A stretch of DNA of 64,000 nt from Monocercomonoides exilis PA203 (lineage: Eukaryota > Protista > Preaxostyla), in assembly GCA_001643675.2 (NCBI GenBank), contig LSRY02000006.1, forward strand, positions 1,054,001-1,118,000, in the 5' to 3' direction. The first letter of the stretch is position 1. Every line of letters begins with the position of its first letter. A program made the position numbers and the translations under genes. Positions 27,960 through 38,157 of this stretch are shown piece after piece. The notes under the pieces were generated by a model. It saw only the letters and a list, made by a program, of their open reading frames with translations, was not told the DNA's origin and made no database searches.

Positions 27960-28498
27960 ATATATTCCCTGAAAATCATGTTTTTTGAAAAATGTGTGAC
28001 ATGGGAATATTTGTGTAATTATTTTTGAATCCATATTTTTTCAATCAAAAATTTCGGTCTGAGAATTCACTTTTAATATCGAAAAACAAACATAGAAAAG
28101 TCAAAACTTCGTTATAAGACAATTTTTTGATGAATATAATCTCAGACATCGTTATTTTAAACAATTATCACACTTTTTTTTCTTTTGAAAGAATAATTTC
28201 TCTCCATAAAAATTAAAATTTTGATATAAATTTATACCCCGAAAAAAGTTATGATCCCAAAAATGATCACCCAAATATTTAAAAATAAGTTGCAAATGTC
28301 AATAATTAGTTCAACTTATTAAAAAGAAATGTTGTATATAAGCTATAGATGATTTTAACTTTTGATAAATATATTCGCTGGAAAAGCATTAAGTTAATGA
28401 TCAATTCAATGAACAGGGTGATTTTTAAACCCAAATATTAACATGAAAACCCGAACAAAAATTAAAAAAATTTATTTTGATGTGTTGTGGATTGATTT

Positions 28499-28738
28499 GG
28501 GTAATTTTTTACAGAAAAGTCGCAAATGTTTAATTTTCAAATAAATCAATTATTTCTTATTTGGCTCAAATTTCAGTTCCCGCTCATACAACTTCACAGG
28601 AATGCGTGAAATAGCATTGTCAAAATATATCTTCCGTTTTGGTGAAGTTTCGTGAGTGCAAACAAAATATTGATTAAAATATGTTTTTTTGATTTATTTG
28701 AAAATTAAACATTTGCGACTTTTTATAAAGAATTTCCT
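28499..28738. mobile_element. MITE nested in pogo copy 1, 4-bp TSD ATTT
   Basis: 35-bp perfect inverted core AAAAGTCGCAAATGTTTAATTTTCAAATAAATCAA; absent from the homologous site in copy 2 (ttgatttcgttttt at ~38234). Confidence 0.85.
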
Positions 28739-29983
28739 ATTTCGTTTTTTTTCCCAAAAAAATATTAATAATAAATATAATCAACAAGCTCTCGTTTGAC
28801 AATTTTTCGAGTATTTCTTTGTTTTTTTTCATCATCAGAAAAATCATCTTTTAAAATTTTCAATGGGTTGAATTTTCTTTTTTTCGGTTTTTCATCTTCA
28901 AACAAAGCCTTTTCAATTTCTTCATTATCTTTTTCTTCATTTATTGACTCTTTTCTTTCATCCTTTTCTTTTTTCCATTCTATTAAAAATTCTTCATCGG
29001 TAATTAATTTTCCAAAATAATCAAACCTTTTTGTTCTTTTCTTCAGAGTGACGGAAGGTTCTTTTGGAAGCTTGGCTAACACTTCGTGCCACTGATGAGA
29101 TAGCACTCCGCTCTTTGCAAATGATGATTTTATTGTTGAAAGCAACAAAGAAGTTTGTTAAGCTTGTGGAAGCACATCAGCAAGCGCTTCTCGTCGCAAA
29201 ACAACAGAAGAAGAAGAAGGAGCTTCATAATTAGCATTTATTGTCTTTTTAAACACAGCAAACACTCCACGATCCAATGGCTGTGCAATGTGAGTTGTTT
29301 TGAGCACAAATGTGATGAAGTCTGTAGAAGAATTGGTAAACTTTTACCATAAGTCAGGCTGCGCTCTCGAAGAATGGGAATCAAGAAGGAGAAAACAATG
29401 TTCTTTGCTTTTCTTCAAAGAATCTCTTCTTTGTGTGATCCCTGGGGGAAACACTTCTTCAACGAATTTGAAAAATAGTTCTTCAGTCATCCAGCCTTCA
29501 TTTTCTCCCCACACATTAAGTTGCGAGCTCAGAGCAAGGATTTGTTCATCTGGTTATTTGCGACAAGGCCAAAGATCGACATTTTTCAAATATAAGACAT
29601 CAGCTGCAGCTGCAATTACGAGAGTTGTTTTTGACATATTCATAGGTGTTTTGGAGAAACCGGCAGGCATGTCTGAAGGATGGAAAACAAGAGTCGAGAA
29701 AGAATCAGAGAGTCGAAGAGAGGATTCATCAAAATTGAAGATGAGATAGTTCGAACAATGATGCTGATCATGAAGGTTTTGCAGAAGAGTGAAAAATGGA
29801 AGAAGAGTTTGCTGATTCGATGCAGAGAGCCTTAGGATATCAACATTTCGAGGATGAGAAGCTTAAAGTTCGTGGTTCCTTTTGGTGTATTGGTAAGGAT
29901 AGGCTTTTGAAATGTTCACTTCTTCATCTTCTTGGTCAAAGTCGTATTTTTTCATTTCATTTATTACAGTGGTAATCTAAATA

Positions 29984-30432
29984 CAGTCTAAACCGGATAG
30001 AATAACGTCGAATAAAATCGCATTCGTATATAGTCACATTTTTCCATGCACCGACATTTTTAGCTCATTTTTCATTCATTTTCCATCGTATACAATCACA
30101 GGGCTGAAAATATATAATTACATTTTTAATTATTATGGGTGATTTTTTCATTGAAAAATCGACTTTTTGATCAAAAATATCAATTTTTCGCTTTTTCAAA
30201 AATGTGCTCAAATAAATCAAAATAATGTGTATTTATGATCAAAATTGTTCAAGCAAGTGAAAAAAGTGTATTTGTGTTGAATTTCCAAAATTTAAAATTT
30301 GACCCAAAATAAATTAATGAATAATATGAATTTTATTTTTTTCTGTGTGAAGCAGCATCGGATATTTTCACAATCGGATATAATCACAAAAAGTTATGCA
30401 AAAACCGATGTGATTATATCCGGTTTAGACTG
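29984..30432. mobile_element. Tc1/mariner-type MITE (TA TSD) in the transposase intron of pogo copy 1
   Basis: TIR CAGTCTAAACCGGATA (16 bp perfect, ~27 bp imperfect), TA on both sides; empty site in the copy 2 intron (39469-39520). Confidence 0.9.
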
Positions 30433-31699
30433 TATATTAAAAATAGATAAATGAGACATTTAAAAACAGAAACGAATTGTTTTACTCTTTTGCGCAGCAT
30501 TGTCACTTGTCCCACTTTCAAATTCAATTTTCAGCACTCTAAATATCGTTTCCTTTTCTTCCGGCTTGAATAACTCTGGTCTTCCATTTTTTCCTGCTTT
30601 TCTTCTTTTTTCCACAGCGGTAACTGCCCGATCAATTGCAGAGCGATTAAATTCCTTCATGTTTGAAGCATCCGCAACCCGAGCTTTCACTTTTGCGATA
30701 ATTGTTCCAACACGTTCCAATCTTCTTTCAATATGGCGATATTGAAAGGATCTCATAAAACTTCTAATTTTCTTCAATCCTTGTTTTTTATTTTCGACAA
30801 CTCTCATTCCAAAAAATATTATGGTTATGAATTAATTTTTATTATAAAAATAATTTTTTTTGTAATAAAAAATAATAATAAAAATTTCGATCAAATTATA
30901 AATTTATTTGTCCCGTTGCTATTACCTAATCTTCTCAGGGAGGCAAAAATCAGAGAGGGAGAAGCAACTCCCTTATCTCCTCCACATCAGAGATTAAGTA
31001 TTGTTGCTTTATCTTTATTTCCAGTTACTGACTTTTCATTGAATTCGAAAAACAATCAATAAAATATGAAAAATGGGCTGATAAAACTAATTATTAAAAA
31101 AATATTCGGGTTAATAGATAACTCTATTTGGGTGATTTTTTTTGATATCATAAAAAAAGATCAAAAATCGAAAAAAAATAAAATCTCTTGTGGTATTTTT
31201 TGATCAACAAGTTAAAAATGATTTTTTGCAAGTATTTAACTTTAATTTCTGTAATATATGTTTGATTTATTTATATATACAAAAAATACATACATTTTTA
31301 ACGATTTTGGTGAAAAAGAATTTTTTTGATCAAGTAAAATAAAAATGAACCTAAAATTAATAAAGTTAACCAATAAAACACATAAAAAAAGAAAAAAAAG
31401 ATACTTAACCTGTTAAACAAAGCTAATGAAAGGGGAAAAAAAATTTAAAGAACTTTTTAAAAATGCAACAAATATGTAATTTTTCATTTATCCGAAGAAA
31501 AAGAAATGTGTTTTCCATTTATCAATCTGAAACCTCATCAAAAAATTTCTACATCTGCTGAACAGCTCAACAGATTCAGCAAACAAAAATTGTATTATTC
31601 AGGAAACTGCAGTTTATATTAATAATTGACTCGGTCCTTCACTTCTCTTTTTACACTTCATGAAAAATACAGTTTTTATTTTTTTCTCGATTCACCACG

Positions 31700-34600
31700 T
31701 CGTTTCCTATCATTTCAACTCGACATTTATAAATTCTCCTTTCGTTAACTGATTATTTTTCCAAAGTTCCTGCTCTTGTTGTTTTGTGAAGAAATCAACA
31801 TTGAATTCGCCTGAGCCATCATTCGTTTTTTGTTTATGCTATTTCTTCCCCCTTTTCATCATCTTCTTCCTCTTTCTCTTGATCATCCTTTTCTTTCGTT
31901 TTTGCTTCCACTTCCTTTGACTCTTTTAACGCATTCACTCTCATCTCGCCCAATTGCAACTGTATCGCTTCTCCACGAGCTACCCATTTAGAGGAGCAAA
32001 ACTGTTTTTCTTCAGCTCTTCTTTAAATCTGTCCGTTTTTCTCTCTTCTGCTCTCTGCATCAGCAGCAATTAAACAATGACATGCACAGTTCTTCACTCC
32101 CTTGAAAGTTTGACTAATTCTGAACACTTTATCTTTTCCCTTCTGGTCCCACTGCTCTCTCTCATGCTCACTCTCAGAGTCGTTTGGCAGCGCTTCTCTT
32201 CTCCTCGTGATTTTCCGACAAGTTCTGATCAATTTGCTGTTCTGTGGCGTTATCAATCAGCAAGAATTCAGATTGTGGAATAAGTTGCAGCTTGGGAGAA
32301 GAAGAAGAGGAAGGGAATGAAGGAGAAGGAGCAAATGGTTGAGGAGTTGATTATTCCCTCTTTCAAATACGTTTCTGGAAGAAGAAAATCATTCTTGTTG
32401 TCGAGGAGCGCACTCAGTGACTCAGATATGGCAGTTCTTCTCTTCTCATTGGACCATGTTACACTGTGGCTGTTTTGCGCTACCTTTTGTAGGAGCGTGG
32501 AGATGCATATATTTTTCAGGCTGTGTGTGGAGCATGTGATGGTGGGATCGGCGTAGCATAGAATTAGTACTGAGGCAATCGATGGAATCTGCAGCAAAGG
32601 TGAGCACAGGAAAAAGCGTAGTCGAGACAAAGTGGAAGAATGACCTTGTGTGCGAGGAGAAGACGGACATGAACACCATTCTTTTTCTTCTTCTTCTTCA
32701 TCTCTTTCGTCACACTCTCATTTTCTTTATCCTCTTCATTATCCTCCTCCTCCGTATTTTCTCCTGTTCTTCTTTTTCCCAACAGGTGCATACAGATTAA
32801 GCAAAGCACAAGCAGTCATTATTTTCGCTATGTCAGTCGTTGTTGGTGAAGCCGGTAATCCTGCAAGATTCGACCCAACACCTCAGCTCAGCAAACAACG
32901 CAGCAGCTCTTCCTTCGTGACCGTTGACTCGCTGTTCGCTTCTTTATCCTTTTCGTTTCTCTTCTCCTTCTCCTTCTTCATCCAGCCCTCTTCCTTCAGC
33001 AAGCGCCTCGATGATTTCCGATGCGTTGTTCGGCACAATCGCCTGTGGTGAGTACATCAACTCTACCAGATCGTTTATCAGCGCTTTGTCGAGTGAGTTG
33101 GTAAACAGCTTGAACGACTTGATGGTCAGCGAGAGAAGGATGGAAGAAGCCTTGTCGCTGTATTCAGCGCAACGCGAGTGCAGCAGGCGGTGGATGGGCT
33201 GGAGAATGCCTTTGCACAGGAACACAGAGTGGAACACAGCACCGTTGGTGATGAACTTGTCGGTCACACGAAGAGAAGAAGAGACGAGAGGATACCATCG
33301 GAAACTGAATGAGAATATATTTGCGTATTTTTGTATTATGAAACGAATGAGTGAAAAAGTGGGGGGAAAAAGGAAGAAGAAAAAGAATTAAAAAAAAGGA
33401 AGAAAGAAAATATTGTGAAAAATATTTCTATAATTAGTTTCTGGCAAACCCCATGAATCTGATCAATTGCTTTGCAACAGCACCATTCAGCAAATAATCT
33501 TTACTGTTTTGGAAGACAATTGTAAAATAATAGATATTATTCCACCATCATAACTAATCACCATTTGAGAGTGAACAAAAAAATTTAGATTAAGATAAAT
33601 ATTTGAAAAGCAAAAAACAGATTTAAAAAAAAATGAAACAATGAATGAAATATATTTTATTTTACAGAAAAAATTCAAATTTTCCATACAATTCTGGTTC
33701 ACCATGTGGGACATGTCGTTTAGTCCCCTCAGCCTGCGGATGTCGTCGAAGCCGCAGACCATTAACTGTTCAACAGGAAACGCACAGCGCAGCTAAAATG
33801 GATCGTCCGTCGACAGAAAAGTGCAACAAACGTCACTGGCACACAGCTCAATCACATTCTGCCGCTTCTGTTTGAACGAACGTCCTGAGCTGTGCTTGAT
33901 GGATAGGAGGTTGGTTGGGGAAGGAGAAAAGGAAGAAGAAGAAGAAGAAGAAGAAGGGAAAGAAAGGGGAGAGAAGCGAAGGGGAAGGGGAAGGGGAAGA
34001 AGAAGAGATTATTCTGTGATGTGTTGATTGAACAGAGGAAGAGGAAGAAGAAGAAGAGGAAGAAGGAGGAGGAGAAGAAGAAGGAGAAGAAGGAGAAGAA
34101 GAAAAATGAATAACAGAAAAATGAATTCACTTGCACCGTCTGGATAGCTATAATAGTTTCAGCTTGACTGTTGGGAGAGGGGGAGTGATTGGTTTCACTT
34201 GTGAAGATGCATGTGGATGTTGAGGGATTTCTTCCATGTCAGCGGATGAATCAAGTGAAGAAGGAGAGAAGGCTATGATGAAATGATGAATAAACAAGAA
34301 CAAAAGCAAAAATGAGAACAAGATAAAGAAGTTGAAGCAAAGAAAATGGTGATGAAATGGGAAAAGAAGAAGAAGTGAATGAAGATGATTTGTTAGTGGA
34401 TGCAAACGTTGAGAAAGTGAATGGTGTTTCAATAATCTGCTGATGAATTCTTCTTCGATTTATGATTTCAGGAAGAAAATCTGAGCAAAGAGTGGTTTGA
34501 ATCTTCACAGGCTTATTTTTCTTCTCAGCTTCTTTCTTCTTCTTTTATGAGAAACCTTTTTTCTGTGCCTTTTTTTTGCATCTGCCAAATCCTTCTTTTC

Positions 34601-35560
34601 CTTTTTCTCTTCCTTCTCAATATCCGCCCGAATTCCCTAGCTTGCTGTACATGTTGCGTGGTTCAGAAGGATGCTTTGTGGCTCAAATATATCCCCCATA
34701 GCTTTCATGTTGCTTCTTGCAAATACACCTGCATTGCTCAACTGTCCTTCACAAGAATCGCACGAGGGATCGGCACAGTTGCAAGCCGTGGAAGCGAGAA
34801 GGAAGAAATAAAAGAAGGAGAGGAAGAAGAAGAGGAAGAGGAAGAAGAAGGAGAGGAAGAAGACATGTTTGATAAAGAGGCAGAGCTTGGGCTAGTCATG
34901 TCGAAGGACTTCTGTGTGAGTGAAGAGGGGTCTGTGGCAGAAGATGAAGGAGTGAATGGCTTTGGAGGAGTGCCAACAAGAACAGAAGGGGCAGACAATT
35001 GTGTGTGTGGCAAGGGAGAAAAATTGGGTGGCAATTATTGAGGAGGCTGTGATGTTTTGAGTGTGCAGCTGGGCAGATGAGAGTGCGCTGTCAAACGAGT
35101 AAAATGTCTGCTGCTGTTCATCATCATTTTCATCACCTCCTTCTTCTCTTCCCCTGTCCCTCCTCCTCCTTTCTGTTGCTTCCTGTGCAAGCCCTGAGTC
35201 GAAAGCGTCAATTTGCGATATGCAAAACTCGTCTTTCTCCTTCTTCTTCGTCTTCGCTTTTGGCTCTTCCTACTGTCTTCATTTCCTCTGCTCTGCGCTC
35301 AATTTGCTTCTGAAATCCGCCTTCTTTGCATTCCATTTGAACTCGTACATTTCTCTCTTCGATTCTTGGTGGTGTTATTAAGCGAGAGGTCGAGCGCTAT
35401 GTGCCTGGTTGTTCCTGTGCTTTTCCCATCCACTCCTTTCAGCTCATTCTGAACAGCCCGCGTGCAGATTTCGTTCGAAACACTGAAGCAGAGCGAGATG
35501 TGCTGCTGAAGAGGAAAGCAGTTCAGATGCACATCCTGCAATCCAACAGAAGGCTTTGAT
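31700..35560 (-). pseudogene. Decayed multi-exon host gene fragment(s): helical-repeat-like, coiled-coil and poly-Ser segments
   Basis: Coding-like GC content and short broken ORFs (32268-32630, 32944-33267, 34738-35034, 35299-35541) separated by stops and frameshifts. Confidence 0.5.
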
Positions 35561-35949
35561 AACGATGATTGTGATGTTGAGAGAATAGAAACTGAAATAT
35601 ATAATTTTTGGTGCGCTTAATCAAGCTGCAGATTGAACAGTTAACACAAATTTGAATACCGATGACTTAATCCAATGCGAAATGTGAGGAATTATCAAGG
35701 AGAAAGGAGAAGAATGCGAAGAAGAACGCGAAGACGAAGTTCAAGTCGAAAAATGTGAATATATGCGGTGATAAATCGATTGCTGCGAAATGAAACTCAT
35801 TAAGTAATGTGTAATATAAATGCAGTTGATAGGCAAAAATATTGTCACTTTGTGCTCAATTAAGAAGGAGCAAATCTTCCTTGTTGCGAAATTTTTGGTT
35901 TATGTTCCGTAAATAGTTAATGAAGAAAGATATTCTCAGAGTCATTTGA

Positions 35950-36720
35950 TTTTCTTTTCGCATTTCCCCCTCCTTTCCCCTCAAAAATCGAAAATGATAC
36001 TATTTCTCAATATCTTTTCTTTTCCATTCCCCTCTTCCATTCAGCTCACAAAACACTCAGAAAATATAAATCCCTTCCTTTTCTTCATCTTTCCCATTCT
36101 CTTCCAAAAAATCTTCTCCTCTCATAAAAAATACCCCTCTTCCAATCAAACACTTCAGAATATTCTTCTTCTTTCCCGCCTTTGCCCTCTTTTCTTTTCA
36201 AAATCCATTTCTCCAGTCAATAATAATCACCTTCTTCATCATCTCCAATCACTTCTCTTCATATTTTCTACACTGTCTTCTATTAATCACCACTTGCTCA
36301 TCCCCATCCCTTTTCCTCAGATTTTCTTTCAATCAAAAACACCTCTTGAAATATTAACATACCAAAAAACCACTCAACTCCCATCCCCTGCTACAAATAA
36401 TTCTCTTCCATCTCTTCCCTGCCCCATATCTCTCCTATGCATAGTGTTGATGAGATAAACCTCAAATACATCTTTGTGTGGTTAAGAATATTATTAAAGG
36501 AGATGATCATGACAAAAACAGAAAAAACACCTCTGGACATCCACCACAATGTGTACGGGCTGAGAAGACCCTTCAGTGAGATACACGATGTATTTTGTGG
36601 AGATGCATTCCATGCTACAATTTGACCATTCTGATACTGAAATGAAGAGATTGAATTTTTGAATGATGATTGTTGTGGAAATGAGGCTGTTTGGCGAAAA
36701 ACAGTCGAAGCGCAGTTTGG
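35950..36720 (-). pseudogene. Decayed fragment, possibly of a surface-protein family gene
   Basis: Strong purine skew on the minus strand and broken frames such as GQGRDGRELFVAG; no intact ORF. Confidence 0.3.
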
Positions 36721-37323
36721 TATTTATTTATTTTATTTATATGAATATTTATCTGTTGACTGTTTTTGTGTTGTTTTCAGGGCAGGAGGTGGAAATGAAT
36801 GAAAATGAATGAAAGTGGAATATCTCATAATGCAGAATGAATTTCGAGTTGGGAAAGCAAACTTATATGGAAAGGAAACAGAATGAAGGGATTGGGGAAA
36901 AAATTGGAGATGTTATTGCATGAGGAAAAACAATGTGTTTAAAGTCTAGAAAAATGGATATAAATCAGAAAACACAATATTACATACTTCAGAATAGCAA
37001 GAAATTGAATCTCGTGTAGGGGAATTGATTTATGGAAAGGATGGATGACGAGTCAGAGGATGAAACGCAAGAAAATTGATTGTTTTCATTTATTCTTTAT
37101 CGATTTCAACTTATCTTATTCCATTTCTTTTTCAATTGCGTTATTTAACTAATTTTTGTATATTAAATTCATTTATTTCGTTATCTCAATTATTGTGATC
37201 ATGTTTTTTAAACCAGAAAACTTAAGTTATGTTTTGTTTATCAAATTTTCAAATTTTTCAAATGCATTTTTATGTTTTTTTTTCAAAATTTGTAATAAAA
37301 ACAATTAAAATCAAATAAAAAGC

Positions 37324-37834
37324 GGTAAGAGCAGAAGATAGGGGTACCTAAAAATCTTAAAGCTAATCATTCATCCTGCATTATAATCAAACCACATGCT
37401 ATTTATAAGACAAATAATAACAATTTTTTAGGTTTGGAGAAAAATTTGTGTGTATCAATGAATAAATCTTGAAAAAAAGAAACCCAAAATATTAACGTAA
37501 AAAAGAATTTTGAAGCATCACGGTTATCCGCAACTTCAAAATCTTCTTTAAATGTATCACCATTGAAAACCATGATATTACGTCCTGTTTCTAGGAATCT
37601 GACGGTAATAATTTAATTTTTCCTTTTCATATCAAATTTATTAAATGGAACAAAATATTAAAAACCTTTAAAATGAATTGGAATATGAAATTGTTTGTTT
37701 CATTTTTCCTTCATAATTTTCTTATTTGATATGTAACTTATATGAAACACGTGAATAAATGTGAATATCATTTTTTTAGCAATTTATCACAAAACAATGA
37801 AAAAACTTTGGTACCCCTATTTTCTGCATTTGCC
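37324..37834. mobile_element. Merlin-like MITE (GG termini, 8-bp TSD TAAAAAGC)
   Basis: TIR GGTAAGAGCAGAAGATAGGGGTACC / GGTACCCCTATTTTCTGCATTTGCC; TAAAAAGC at 37316-37323 and 37835-37842. Confidence 0.8.
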
Positions 37835-38157
37835 TAAAAAGCAACAAACAATTACTAATAATAATTATTTATCAAGCATAATATTTGAATGATCATCTCG
37901 TTCATTTTTCTTGTTAACCCCACCCTTAATTAAATTTGTTTTTGATCAAACATAGGAATTTTTTATGATATCAAAAAAAATCACCAATTTATAATCATCG
38001 ATCTTTTTATCAAACATGAAAAATTGAATGAAAAAATTGGAATTAGAAATAGAAAATATAATAAACATTTTCTGTTATTGTTTATTTACTGCGGGCTTGT
38101 GCAATGCAGTGGGCAAGGCAAAAGAGAAAAGGGTCAAGATTAAGGAAAAAATGTCTA

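Larger units (their letters stand above)
28416..31124 (-). mobile_element. pogo/Fot-like DD35D DNA transposon, copy 1 (decayed, two nested MITEs)
   Basis: Paralog of 38158-40188. Degenerate TIRs GGGTGATTTTTAAACCCAAATAT / ATATTCGGGTTAATAGATAACTC. Transposase remnants 28765-30807 with FNFDES, LLDSHSSR, QPLD and four in-frame TAA. Confidence 0.85.
31130..37986. mobile_element. Candidate 6.9-kb non-autonomous TIR element (4-bp TSD ATTT) enclosing gene debris
   Basis: 27-bp perfect inverted repeat GGTGATTTTTTTTGATATCATAAAAAA at 31131-31157 and 37959-37985; ATTT at 31126-31129 and 37987-37990. Confidence 0.45.

Noticed and set aside
35946-36458. 170-aa plus-strand ORF
   Set aside because: Antisense of a purine-rich decayed segment; non-ATG start and no coding signature
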